Assembly (NCBI GenBank): GCA_951406725.2
Contig: OX597821.1
Span: 81,840,001-81,904,000 of the forward strand
Source of the DNA: Octopus vulgaris
Lineage: Eukaryota
Length of the DNA: 64,000 nt
Direction: 5' to 3'
Position numbers and translations under genes: made by a program. Shown here in pieces: positions 39,975 to 53,322 of the stretch. Under the pieces are notes generated by a model. It ran no database searches and was not told the DNA's origin. It was given only the letters and a program-made list of their open reading frames with translations. Each line of letters opens with the position of its first letter. Position 1 is the first letter of the stretch.

Positions 39975-40180
39975 GCTTTCCATCCATTTTTGCTGCACAG
40001 TATTCCTTGGAAGGTTTGAGAGTAGAGTCTTCAGGTACCTCCTCAATGGAGGCTTTATCAGAAGCAACTGAAATCAAACTTTTCTTGGTGGATTCTCAAG
40101 CATGATCAACTGAAGCTATGGATATTATCCGACTTTCTCACTCATGGTGTTCCTCTAGGCCTGTTACCAATTGGCTTTGA
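39975..40180 (-). mobile_element. Decayed RTE-like LINE 3' fragment
   Basis: Minus strand KPIGNRPRG(T/R)P motif; homologous to 43090-43345 (cagttgcttctgata). Confidence 0.5.
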
Positions 40181-40302
40181 AATTATTTAATAAACCCCTA
40201 ACTGCAGTTAAAATATTGTCTGAAGGGAATTCCAAGATTTTGCTGCCAGTAATTTTGCACAAGCAGTGATGACAGTGCTAATAATATTAGAATGCTGTAA
40301 AA

Positions 40303-40518
40303 TAGTGAGCTGGCAGAATCATTAGCATGCTGGGCAAAATGCTTAGTGGAATTTCGTCTGTCTTTGTGTTCTGAGTTCAAATTCCACCAAGGTCAATTTT
40401 GCCATTCATCTTTTCAGGGTTGATAAAATAAGTACCATTTGAGCACCAGGGTCAATGTAATCAACTTACCCCACTTCTCCCAAAATTGCTGGCATTGTGT
40501 CAAGATTTGAAACCAATA
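40303..40518 (+). mobile_element. SINE family B
   Basis: Family B consensus. Confidence 0.8.
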
Positions 40519-42034
40519 TTTGAATGTTCTCTGTAATCTAACATTCATCAGAAGTAATGGTTAAATAAAACCTCCCTTCATAAACAACTCTCATTTAAAG
40601 AAAAAAGCAAAAACCAATTGATCTTCGTTACACAAACAAACACTCACCATCTACACCAAACCAAGGCTGTGTTCAGGGGTAACCTACAATGTTGTGTTGT
40701 TACAGCTATTTCTTTATTACACTCAAAACTACAGAAAACCTAAAATGAATTTGGGCGACTATTTAAATCCCTCTTCAATTCAGGGAGATATGAAACGCAT
40801 GAGGGATGATCCAGGAGACTGGTTAGCTAATCTACTCCCACAGCTACCTAAAACTTAACAAGAAAACAATGAATTCATTGATAAAACAAATATTCTAGGA
40901 ATGAAACAGAAAACATTATACATACAAAGAAACTGAAGAATCCCAGACTTTGTTGTTTGGTGAGAAAATACCTGTCTAGAAAGTTGGTCTTGTAAAAATT
41001 AGCAGAAGATAAAAAGAAAATTCCTCCAAAGCAACAACAATAGCAACAACAAAAAGAAAAAGAGGAAAGTGAGAAGGGTGAGAGAGAAATATAGAGAGAG
41101 AGATAGAGGAAGAAAGAGAAGAGAATGAAAAGTCAAGTAAATCTTGTGTAACCAGTGACGTGGCTTGGAATTTGCTCTAGTTTGAACTGATGGTATTCAG
41201 AGTTTAAATTCTGTAATTCTTATATAATTCCTGATTGCTAATTGATTCTCATTCATGGTTAATTCAGTTAATCATTGTAAAACCAGTTAAAATGGGACCA
41301 ACTGAAAGGAATCTACCTCCTCTGTTGAGCTTGTTGTAAATTCACAATATATTTTGTGTGTGAGTTTTTTTCTCGAGCAATTACAGATATATTGTTTTTT
41401 TTTTCTTTCCTCATGATTCTTGAAAAGAAGTTCATACAACCACTTGGGATTATGTATGAATTCCATCTTTACTGAGAAAATGAACTGCACATATTTTGTT
41501 TTTCAACAGTTCTAGATGTTTCTCCTCTGTAACCGATGTTAGACGGTTCTGAATGTTTTTAGATCTTCTGCTACAGAATTCAAAGGTATTAGTGATATGA
41601 ACTGGCTCCTTGGTGAAGGTAGTAATGATCTATTTTAAGAAACCATTTTGCTTCCTTCTTTTATAAGTGGCATTTAATATTGGTAAGCTCCTGGCAGCAA
41701 ACCAGGTTGGTAGCACAATTTTAATTTTTAGATAGAATTAATTTTTCACATTAATTATCTCGCTAATGTTCATTAGGAAGACATAGCTAAAGCAACATTT
41801 CATTTACTCTCCCTTGGAAGTCTTTGTATCTATATTCGTCCCTTTCTCTCAAAAAAAAAAAAAAAACAAGATTTTAATGTGTGTTTTAATTGAAAAAATA
41901 ATTGATTGCTTTTATTGTGTTACTTGTAAGAAAAAAAAAATATTTTGAAATGTTTTTGAGTAATTAATATTTGTCAGAAATTAATAAGAAACTTTTGGAA
42001 GATATAAAGTATATGGAAGAAAAGAATTAAACAG

Positions 42035-42035
<1 letters not shown>

Positions 42036-42089
<54 letters not shown>

Positions 42090-42107
42090 TAATAATAATA
42101 ATAATAG
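42036..42107. repeat. (AAT)n microsatellite
   Basis: Direct inspection. Confidence 0.95.
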
Positions 42108-43089
42108 TAAAGCAAAAATCTATGTTATATGTTATTTTTATCATTTTCTATTTTGATTCTTTAGCTCTATGCCAAATTTTTGGTTAAATCTCTGCAAAAA
42201 CTATTTGGCTAATAGTTTAGGAATTTTTTATTTCTGATACGTTCCAAATGTCTGTAAATTTCTGTTCTACCATATGGTTCTATAAACACTGAACAGATGG
42301 TAAATGGACAGTTCTGTATCAAGTAAATTTGGTAGATGAATCACAACATCTTTTTTTCTTTTCAATCTAGATCAACTTATTTCAATAATGTTAATCTTGT
42401 GGAAATTACCTAGTATAAGGCAACATCTCTTTCAGGTAATGTTCTTTGATTAGCTTTTTTTTTATCTAGTTAATAATGATATATTGTGCAAATTGGCAAA
42501 TTGTCTGAATAAAGTTCTCCATTTGAAAATAAATGATTCTGTCCAGATTTCTCCCTCTTTGTAGTGAAACCTTCATCAAATATACTACTCTTCTATAATA
42601 AATCAAACATTAAATGGAAGAATGCACATTTATTCACATTTTGAGATTTTCCTGAGGTAAAAATCATTTGGCGTTGATACATCTAAGTTTGACTCTTTTC
42701 CAATAGTGAACAGAGCGAAAATCATCAACCAGTTCTTATAATATCTCTCAGGTTAATTCAAATTATGAATCTTTTGAAGAGCAATATTGTTGTTGCTGTT
42801 GTTGTGTTAAAAGGAATTTTAGGAAAATGTTGACACACCTACAAATTGATTGATTGCCTGAAGAATTAATCAAACAAGCAATTAGTTAATTGGTTAAATA
42901 GTTAAACCAATTGACCAAAAAAAAAATAGAAAACAATAAAGAAGTGAAATGGAACCAGTATGTGTGTCTGTGTGTGTTTATTGGCATAATGACTCTCCCA
43001 AAACATGAAATATGTTTCAACACATGAGTTCACATCAAGAAGTTTTCAAACCACATACAAAAAGGAAAGCTTTATAAAGATATATCCAT

Positions 43090-43345
43090 CTAACTTTTCT
43101 GCCCACTATTCATGGGAGGCTCATGGGGGTAGAGTCCTCAGGACTTCTTCCATAAGGTCCTATCAGAAGCAACTGTCATTGTACATTCCAGTTAGATTCC
43201 CAAGTGTAACCAACTAGGGATATCATCCAACCATTTCATTCTCAGTCTACATCTAGGTCTCAGACTAGTTGGTTTTGGTCTGAAGAAATCATCTTGCAAT
43301 TCTTACCTGTGACATTCTAATCACATGTCCACAGTACCAGACAGC
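43090..43345 (-). mobile_element. Decayed RTE-like LINE 3' fragment
   Basis: Minus-strand translation WYCGHVIRMSQVRIAR...RPRCRLRMKWLDDI resembles the RTE ORF C-terminal motif W.GHV.RM...R.RGRP..RW.D. Confidence 0.65.
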
Positions 43346-45623
43346 TGATTTCCACTAAGTTATGATATAATATGAAAGAAGTGGTGAAAGCTAATCTCAG
43401 GAAGTTGGACCTTACAAAGGATCATATAAAGTAGATGGATGCTGTATTGGAGGGGACCTGTTCAACTCATACAGGTTTGGAAAAGTGGATATAAAAACAA
43501 TGATGATGATATTGGAATAAAGAGATGGAGATATATGAGGAAACAAAATATAAGACATCAAGGTCTTAAAAGATAAACCATATTAAAACTTCTTTCCAGA
43601 TCCACACAATTTTTGTATGAGCAATTGAATTACTCATATAAAAATATTTCAGACAGGAGTGTATTTCTCAAATCATCAGATGAGCTTAGTTCCATATGAC
43701 AGTTAATTAAAATGGTTTCGGTATGTTTCCTCCCACAGACTAATACTGATGTGATGAGTAAAAGGAAAATTCTGCAACTGAATTCTGTGGAAATATCTTC
43801 CTTCATTCTACCTCAATATCTTCACTTCTACCTTCTGACTTCTATTCCAGTATCTAAATTTCTACTTACCTAAATATTTCACTTCTCCTCTGTTCCACTA
43901 CTTCAACTTCCTCTCTACACCCCCGCCCCATTTCTTACGACTGCCAAATTGAGTGAGTCCTTTGCCTTATCATGAGCAAACATAATAACATTGACTGTTT
44001 TTTTTTTAATGAACCCTTTTTTCCCCCTCCTTTCTTTTCACTGTTCAACCCTGAGAAATTAAAAAACAATCTCTAGATACAATCTTCATGTTTTGAATAA
44101 TTTCTGTCATGCTTCTGTGACTTTGTTGTATTTTTTCTTCTCCAATTTCTATAACATGTAAAAACATTGTAAAGTGATATCCTTTATCATAGTTTACCTT
44201 CATTGCAGGTTCATGTGAAAAACTTCCTTGACTCATAACATTCCCAGATTTATTTAGTGTATGACAGCAGCTGAAGATGTACTTTGTTATCTGGGAGTGG
44301 AGCTAAGCAGAGTTGATGACTGAGACAACAACAACAGTAGAGATAAACATGGGATTGTTGTTGCTTAGTCTCTGGACAGCCCTGATTCAGCAGATCTGTG
44401 ATCAAAAAGCATTCCAACCACAATCATCCTGTGTTTTTGCACAACAGAGCCTATGTTGTCCAATGTGACCTTCCATTGTTTTTTTTTTAAATATCAGGAT
44501 GTGTTTCAAAGGAAATTTAGCTGTTATTTTTAACAAAATGAGCAACCACATAAAGGTTTCCTTCTTAGCTTAAGGTGACAAAAGGTGATCTACATTGGCA
44601 GGAGTCAATCAGGTAAAAGACAAAAAGATGCAGTATACGGATGTGTTGTAAGGAGTAACAACAGGTGTTTAAGTAGAACCTTTTGTCTCTCTGATGAGAG
44701 GTTGTCTGAGATTTCAGATATTTTTTTCTCATATTAATTTTCTTATTGCTTTCTACCTATAGTACAAGAATGAGAAAGCTCCCTTCCCCCAGGGCACCCA
44801 CTAGAGTGATTGAAGTGTGAACAAAGGAAAAGTAGGTTCAAGAGGTCTCACTAAGGACTTGGACAACCTCTTTGGTGTTAGTGTGATGAAAAACTGTGTC
44901 TAGAACACATTGAGTGCATTTATGCTGTAAAGTGGTGGCCAAACAAGTGGAGAAAGCAAGGAGTTAAGAAGATCCTTTTGCGTTGTCTTGTTGAAGATAT
45001 AACAGCCTCTTTAGTACTGGTGCCATGAGAAAAATGCATCCAACTACTACACTCTGTAAAGTAGTTAGTGATAGGAAGAGCGTCCTGTCATAGGAACAGG
45101 GACATCAAAAAAACACTAGTCTATGAGAGCAGTAGATTTCAATAAGAACTGATTCACACCATGATGACCTTCCAACCCATACCATCATGGAAAGCAGGCA
45201 TAAAATGATGATGACAAATCATGTGTCCCTATGGTCAACAGTAATAGAACTTGGCCCCTGTCAACTATTATCTATCCAGTGTTTGTACCGATTCACAGCT
45301 TAAACCTATAAGATAATATTTAAGATAATATTTAAGATAATGCTCAGGATAATGTTCAAGGTGATTATATTTGTTTTTGTTTTTTTTTTTTTTGCTTTTA
45401 ACTTGTCAAATGGCTGAGCTAATGGAGGAAAACAATAAAAGCAGTATGAGTGAGAGGAAATACTGCAGATGATGTAGGAAAGATGGACATTAATAATTAC
45501 CAGCTGTTGAATGGTATTGTCCCATATTTTTTGAATCATTTGACACGATCTTATGCAGTGATCTAAGAAAGAATGCACTGCTGCAAGGATTACTTATAGT
45601 TTCAGCCAAGTCAATGAAAGATT

Positions 45624-45848
45624 TTAACCCTTTCGTTACCAACCCGGCCAAAACCAGCTCTGTAGTATAAATGTCTTGCTTTCATTAGTTTTTCATTAAA
45701 ATATACCACCAGACCTTAGTCACAATTTATGTTCTTAACACTAGCATAATAATAACTAAATTATTTTTAACTATATTCATTGTTATATTTAAAACAATTG
45801 AAAGAGACACAGAGCATCTCAAAATAAATGCAGTAACAAAAGGGTTAA
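45624..45848. mobile_element. piggyBac-type MITE (second family)
   Basis: ttaaCCCTTTcgttac...gtaacaAAAGGGttaa. Confidence 0.75.
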
Positions 45849-46109
45849 ACCTCATCCTGCTGCTTAAAACACCTGTACACCTTCATTGCTAGATTTACAC
45901 TTAGCTCACAAAGAATTAATACACCTTTGTTTTTTTTAATTTTTTTTTTTATTTTAGTCTGAGGAAGATGAAAAAATTTCATAACCTTTCAAAGTCTTTT
46001 AAAACTGAGGTCACTGCAAGTAGCGTTTAACTTCAATGTCTGCAAAGAAAATACAAAAAGAGAGGGAGTTCCTGACCAGTTTTGTAGAAAATCTTTGAAG
46101 TAGCTTGCC

Positions 46110-46336
46110 TTAACCCTGTAGTATTCAAACCAGCCATATCCAGCTCAAAACAAAATACCTGTCTCCTATTCAAACTGGTCTATTCAGCTTATTACACCTT
46201 GCCTACAATGTTACTCTAATGATATAAAATGACATCATTAAAATCTCAAAGCTAAAAGATGATGCATGATTAATTTGAAGCATATGAATCAATAAGGATT
46301 ATAGTTGACAGAATAATCTGAATGCTTAAGGGTTAA
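46110..46336. mobile_element. piggyBac-type MITE
   Basis: ttaaCCCT...AGGGttaa; reverse-oriented relative of 1564-1792. Confidence 0.65.
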
Positions 46337-46871
46337 GAATCCCAGTTCATTAGTGATAAACTGCAGTGCTGAGTTCTAATCCTCATGTTGAAGCTACTTC
46401 TATCCTTCCGTAGACTAACTTCCAAAACACATGAAGGCATATTCTCTCAAACACTTTACATAAATCTGAGTAAAACAACCAGTAATGTGTATGACTCCGG
46501 ATATATCTGAGAGATAAGTGGAACACAAATGGACTTATGATGGAAGAGCTTACATAAATCAAATTTAAGCAATTGCAATCAACTTCTCTTACTTCAAAAG
46601 CTCTCTATTAATTAAGGATAAGTAGAGTGAAGCATCCTATCAATTAAGGATAAGTTAGATAAAGCGTTCTTCTTGAGCCAGTTTTCCGGTTTCCTTAGTG
46701 GACATATATTTACCCACTGAACAGGATGCCAGTCTGTGACAGGATTACTCATTTTTGCCAGCTGAGTGGACTGGAGCAATGAGAAATGAAGTGTTTTGCT
46801 CAAGAGCACAGCACATTGTTTGGTCAAGGAACTGAAAACAATCTTACGATCATGAGTCCAACACCTTAACC

Positions 46872-47121
46872 CAGTGTTTATCAACTGGGGTTCCCAGGAA
46901 CACTAGTGTTCTGCAAAAGGTTCCTAGGGGTTCTGCGATAAAGAGTGAGATAAGTTAATGCTAATTTCATAAATTTATATATATATATATATATATATAA
47001 TTTGATATATATATATATAATTTTACATATGTGTAGGGCTAAAAGCATCAGTAACACCCCACCCCCAGTGGCTAGCCACATTCAGATGACTAGTACACCT
47101 TACGTTATATATATATAATTT

Positions 47122-47159
<38 letters not shown>

Positions 47160-47302
47160 AATATATATAATATTTACCATGTGAACTATGATGAAAAATA
47201 TATGAGAAAGATATGGTATATAATTTCTTTTGTGCAGGGGTTCCTAGAGATATGTAATTTATATCAAGGGTTACGCAAGGCTAAAAAGGTTGAGAAACAC
47301 TG
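46872..47302. mobile_element. hAT-type MITE inserted in SINE family D (46665-47328)
   Basis: TIR cagtgttt.tcaac / gttgagaaacactg with perfect 8-bp TSD ccttaacc (46864-46871, 47303-47310). Confidence 0.85.
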
Positions 47303-47705
47303 CCTTAACCACTGGGCCACATGCCTCTGCTCTCTATCAATTAGACAATACAAAAGGAAAAGCTGATATTATCACAACTCCTAACAAAAGAGTGACTATT
47401 TGGTGATGGGGTAGGATTTAAATTCAGAGTGCATAGAGCTAGAAAAGATACAGTAAGACATTTCATCTGACAAACTACTAATTCTACCATCCTAGTCTGG
47501 AATTTGCTTCTATTGTCCTTGAAAGGATGAAAGGTACAGTTGACCTCAGAGAGTGAAAACTAATACTGGAAGGTATTCTATCTAACACTAATGACTCTTC
47601 CAATTTGCTACCTCGGTAGAAGGTACTTATCTGGATTATTTAGGTAATCTGGGATTTCTGAGGTTCCCTGATTGATGACTAGATAGCTGGTACCTGTTAT
47701 ATACT

Positions 47706-47882
47706 TGGTCTCAGGTTCAGCCCTTACTGCATGGCACCTTGGACAAATTTCTTCTACAGTAGCCCTCCCCCAGGTTGGGCAAAACCTTGTGAATGGATTT
47801 GTGGATTTGGAAGATGGGAACTACTGCAAAATGCCTATTGTTTGTTTGTTTATTTCTTTGTTTGTTTGTTGGTCTGTTTGTT

Positions 47883-47914
<32 letters not shown>

Positions 47915-48223
47915 TGTATGTATGTATGTATGTATGTATGTATGTATGTATGTATGTATGTGTGTGTGTATGTATGTATGTATGTATATATGTATGTATG
48001 TATGTGTGTATGTATGTGTGTGTGTGTGTGTGTGTTGTAAATGAATCTCACTGTCATACAAGCAGTGTTGTTCACCTCCAATATTCTGTGCAAGTGTGTC
48101 TGACAACAAGGAAATATTATCTTGTTTGGAAACAGGTGAATGATGGTAACAAGACAAACATCCAGCCATAGAAAATCCACCTCAGGGAACTCCATCTGTT
48201 CCATGCAAGTATGGAAAAGTGAA

Positions 48224-48255
<32 letters not shown>
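47706..48255 (+). mobile_element. SINE family A head with (ATGT)n insert and family C-type tail
   Basis: ggttcagccc..actgcatggcaccttggaca, (ATGT)n at 47886-48034, tail ggaaacaggtgaa...atggaaaagtg..(atg)n. Confidence 0.65.
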
Positions 48256-49400
48256 ATATGTATATATTTTACTGCATTTCTATGATTTTGTTGTTTCTCT
48301 CCACATTTCATGTAACCCAACCCCCACTGTTACCTGCTTCACCTTTGTAAAATCCCTCATCTGTTACCTTTATGGCAAATAAAGAAACTGTTGATATCAA
48401 TGCTATTTATCACCCAGAATTAAATATTATAGCCTACATTTCTCTCTTTTTTTTTTTCTCTGGCACCATTACATATTGCAATCATTTCGTGAATGCATTC
48501 CAATGAAATTTAAACTTAAAAACTCCCTGCCCTCCACAATGTAAACCAGAGAAGTTCTTTCTGGTCAGCAAGATAGCTCTTTGTACTGCTTGCTTTTAAA
48601 TTTAAATAGAGGTTTTGTTTAGCTTTCAATGTAACACCACCAAAAACAGGTATACAGCATAAACATCAAACTCAGAACAAGTTTTAACTTAAATCGGTCA
48701 GACAGAAGAGGATAGGTGAATGAGAGGAGGAGCAAGAGAAAGGAGGGTAGGAAGAAGCAGGGAGGGGAATGAAGAGAAGAGGGGGGTTAGATAAAGTATG
48801 AAACTAGTTTAGTTGCTTCTTTAATTTACTAGTTTTTAAATACAAAGTTTATTATTTCTACATGAATATATCATTCTGATCTGATTTATAGCAAAATTTA
48901 ATGTCATTTTGAAAATGAGAACTGCTTTGATGTTTCAACTTGTCTTAAGGCTAGAAATGTTCTTCGTGTGTTCTTACTCAGATGTTGAGGGGGGCATAAA
49001 ATATGTAAGGTCTACACAGCTAGTTAAGTAAATAGTTAAATAAATATCCAACAAGGTAAATAAATAAAGTAGCTAGGATTATAGTAACAACTATTTCTTG
49101 CTTCTCACTTTATGATATTTTGGGCAGGGTAAATGAATAACAGCAAAGCTTAACAAAAGACCAGACATTAACCTGAAGCACTTGACAAATATTTAGTTTT
49201 CTTCAGATTTAATTGTAAATAAACTCGTAATTATTTCTCATTAAAATAACATGAAAAAAAAACCGAAATCTTAGGTGAGTGAGTATGATTCCTAGTAACT
49301 TTAGAAAACAGACACCACAAAATCATCTCCACTGAATGGCAACAATGTCAATATAATACAGCAACTAAAAATAGCAGCTAAATCTCTCCCAAATCACACC

Positions 49401-49735
49401 CTATAGTAGAAGACACTTGCCCAAAGTGCCACACAGTGGGACTGAACCTGGAATCATGTGGCTGGTAAGCAAGCTACTTACCACACACCCACACTTGTGC
49501 CTATCATCACCATTATTATTGGATGTTAAGTGGTTAAATAATGATGATGATGATGATGATGATGATAATGATAGGCACAAGTGTGGCTGTGTGGTAAGAA
49601 GCTTGCCACACATGGTTCCAGGTTCAGTCCCACTATGTGGCAACTTGGGCAAGTGTCTTCTACTATGGCCTCAGGCCAACCAAAGCCTTGTGAGTGGATT
49701 TGGTAGACAGAAACTGAAAGATGCCCATTGTATAT
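49401..49735. mobile_element. Head-to-head inverted pair of SINE family A heads
   Basis: Minus copy at 49401-49510 and plus copy at 49569-49735, separated by (GAT)n. Confidence 0.85.
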
Positions 49736-50194
49736 ATATATATATCTATATCTATATATATATATATATATATAAAACAAAGTAAAGTTGTATGCTATTT
49801 TAAGGGACAGTGTCCCTTAAAATAGCAAACAATCCTTTGCTGCACACAAAATAAAAATGCCAGGAATACAGGTTGGTTCCTCAAATTGTTTGCAAACTCT
49901 TAAATATATCTCCTTCTGTGTATAGATACTACCAAACAAACATGATTTTTATTGAACTCCTAATACTTTTTGTTGAATATTTTCTTAAATATTTTCTTGT
50001 AAACAGTTTTTAACATTTTCTTATTATTATCAAAGAACGTAGATATGTATTTTAATACTTTTGTGACAACCAGTACTTAACACAACAGAGCTTATACAAA
50101 GCTTTACATTTTACTTTTGTCAATCTTTTACTAAAAAAGTGAAACAGGTCAAGTGAATAAACATCTTTAAAACTGCATTTTCAAACCTTCTTCC

Positions 50195-50241
<47 letters not shown>

Positions 50242-50662
50242 CATGTTTGTTTGTTTGTGTTTGTGCACCCCACCATCGCTTGACAAACTATGTTGGTGTG
50301 TTTACATCTCTGTAACATACCAGTTTGGCAAATGGGTATCATAGAGTAAGTACTAGGCTTACAAAGAATAAGTCCTTGGTCGATTTTTTTGACTAAAGAC
50401 GGTGCTCCAGCATGGCCACAGCCGAATAACGGAAACCAGTTAAAGAATAAAAGAATACACACTCTCACACACACAGACACAGACACACACACACACACAT
50501 GCATGCACACACACTCACATACACACAGACAGCCATGCATATGTCAGACCATGTCCAAGGTGTTGTGCAGCACAGTGCGTCCAAACCTGGAACCATGTGA
50601 ATCTGAAGTAAACTTCTAAACGACACATATTGACAATGTGTGTGTGTGTTTGTGTATGTGTA

Positions 50663-50695
<33 letters not shown>

Positions 50696-50949
50696 TAGAA
50701 AGAAAGAAATATATTGGAACCTCCCCAAATCCTCAGTTCAATGACTAGAATGAGTAAAAGAGCAAAATAGCATGCACACGTACACATGTGCACACACACA
50801 TACACACCCACACACATATACACATGCATGAAAGCATGATCATGTACGAATACACACACACACACACACACATACATGCAGAGTATTTCTTTGAAAAAAA
50901 TTAATAGAAAATAAAAAAAGACAAATTTATCTCACCAAAACTTTCTGTT

Positions 50950-50990
50950 ACTTACCTAGAAAAGAAAAAGAAGAGAATTGTCATGTTAAA
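50950..50990 (-). promoter_or_regulatory. Candidate recursive splice site (ratchet point), AG|GT junction at 50956/50955
   Basis: Minus strand: TTTAAC (branch-point-like, A about 30 nt upstream) atgacaa TTCTCTTCTTTTTCTTTTCTAG|GTAAGT. A strong acceptor is directly fused to a consensus donor. Confidence 0.55.
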
Positions 50991-52359
50991 ATTATATATA
51001 TATATATATATATACATACACAGAGATGAAGATAGAGAGATAGAGAGAAAAAGACATAGAGAGATAGAAAGAAAGAAAGAAAGAAAGATAGAAGAAAGGG
51101 GAATAGAGAGGAGAGAGAAGGAAAGAGGCAGATATTTAAATTTTTCAACAAATTTCTACATTATGTAAATTTGTTTTATTGTCTTTTTTAATAAAAAAAA
51201 ACAAGAAAAAAACAAGAAGTTCAAATAAATTTTATTTTCATTTTGTTTTATTATTTATTTTGAAAACTAAACTACGACCTTCTAAATATTAGGTTTGTGA
51301 AATGTTTGCTGGCACCACCACCACCACTGACACCACCACCAATACAATACCAAAATTTCACCAACACTGCCATGATAAAATATGCGTTTAATACATACAG
51401 TCATGCAATCACATGCATACTTACATATGTTCAAGTAATACGTAGACATACCTGTGTGTATGCGTGGATGTTCATATACACAAATGTACATATATACATT
51501 ATATATACACACGCATGCACAGTTGTAACATACAAATCTGCATGCATATGTGTATACATGTGTGTGTGTGTGTGTATACATGTGTTCATAGATACATAGA
51601 TATGCATACCTATAGATATTATTGTATATATATATATATATATATAAACATGTAAACATATGTAGATGTGCATTATATATATATAAATATATATATGTCC
51701 ACATATATGCGCAAGTGCACATGCTTGTGCACAGACACACATACACATATATACACACACTGAAATGTCAGTAGTGCCAGAACCTGAAAAACATTTGCCA
51801 AAATCTGAAGTGTTTATTATTGAGGTGTGTAGGTATGAAGTAACGAAGGAAAAATGTAATCAAACTGGGTGGTCATTCTAATGATATAGACACCAACAAA
51901 TATATCCTTTCCCATATACATACATATTTATATATATGTATAGTCTGACCCATGCAAGCACAGAAAAGTGGATGTTAAAACGGTGATGATGATGATGATG
52001 ATATATATATATATCTACACAGACATATGTATGTATGTATGATGGTGGGTGAGACTAACAGTTTTTCCACACTAATAATCATCTATCTCTACACCAGTGT
52101 TGCTGACCAAAAGAAAGGCAAGGCCAATGCAGCTTTGGCACTTGCATTGGTTGTAAGTGTAACCTTCAGACTGCAAAAAGCTAGAATAAGTACTACGAAG
52201 CACTTCAAACAACCCTTTAACGATTTGGTGAATTCTCTGCCCTTGACTGATACCTGATTTGAACTCACAATGCAAAAGGGTTAAACAAATATCACAAGGC
52301 ATTGTTTTCAATGGTTAAACAAATCTGTTCTATTTTACAGTCATACATTTGTATGTATC

Positions 52360-52720
52360 TCTTATCTTTTACTTGTTTCTTTCATTGGACCATGGCCATT
52401 CCACACAACACTGTTCTGAAGGGTTTTAGTCAAGCAAATTGACCCCAATAATTGCTTTTTTAAAGTCTGGTACTTATTCTATTGGTCGCTTTTGGAAAAC
52501 TGCTAAGTTATAGGTATGTGAACAAAACTACACCAGTTACCAAGTAGTGGGGAGACAAGCACACACACACACACACACACACACACATGCACACACATCA
52601 GTTTCCATCTCCAAATCTATTCACAAGGGTTTGCATGGCTGGGGCATCAGTAGAAGACACTTGCTCAAGGTGCCAGGCAGTGGGATTGAACCTGAAACCA
52701 TGTGAATGTGAAGTAAACTT
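52360..52720 (-). mobile_element. SINE family A (diverged)
   Basis: Family A tail, (CA)n and core. Confidence 0.7.
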
Positions 52721-53244
52721 ATATATATATATTATCATTATTGTTTAATGTCTGGCTTCTATGGTGGCATCGGTTGGATGGTTTGACAGGAGCTGGTTAG
52801 GAAAAATACGGCACCAGACTTCAGTGTCTCTTTTGGCATAGCGCTTATGGTTGGATGCCCTTCCTAACACCAACCCCCCTGCAGAGTGGACTGAGTGCTT
52901 TTTACATGGCACAAGCACAGGCAAGGTCAGTTTTGGCATGGTTTTTACAGCTGGATGCCCTTTCAAATGCCAACCATTTTACAGTGTTGAGTGGATGCTT
53001 TTCATGTGGCACCAGTGCTGACAGGGTCACCAAATAACTTTGCAAGACAAAAAATCTTTGAGAGGAGAGGGGGCATTGGAGGAGGTGATTTTGTGTCAGA
53101 TGATGAAAAGTTAGAGTGTGACAGACACAGAAACAGGTGTCTAGCTGTAGAGGAGGTACAAAAAAGCAATAGGGGACAATAGAACATTCAGACAGATAGA
53201 TGATACATAGGTGAACACGAGAAACAACAATTAGATATATATAG

Positions 53245-53322
53245 ATGGATCAAAACAGTTTGATTCAAATTCGTTGATACTCTTGAGTTTCAACGAATTT
53301 GAATCAAACTGGTTTGATCCAT
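53245..53322. repeat. 78-bp near-perfect palindrome/hairpin
   Basis: 38-bp arms (53245-53282, 53285-53322), 2 mismatches, 2-nt spacer. Confidence 0.95.

Noticed and set aside
43295-43325. CAG|GTAAGA on the minus strand as a second recursive site
   Set aside because: No polypyrimidine tract, and it lies inside an RTE LINE remnant.
43860-43890. TAG|GTAAGT on the minus strand
   Set aside because: The upstream sequence is purine-rich, so it is not an acceptor; at most an isolated donor-like match.
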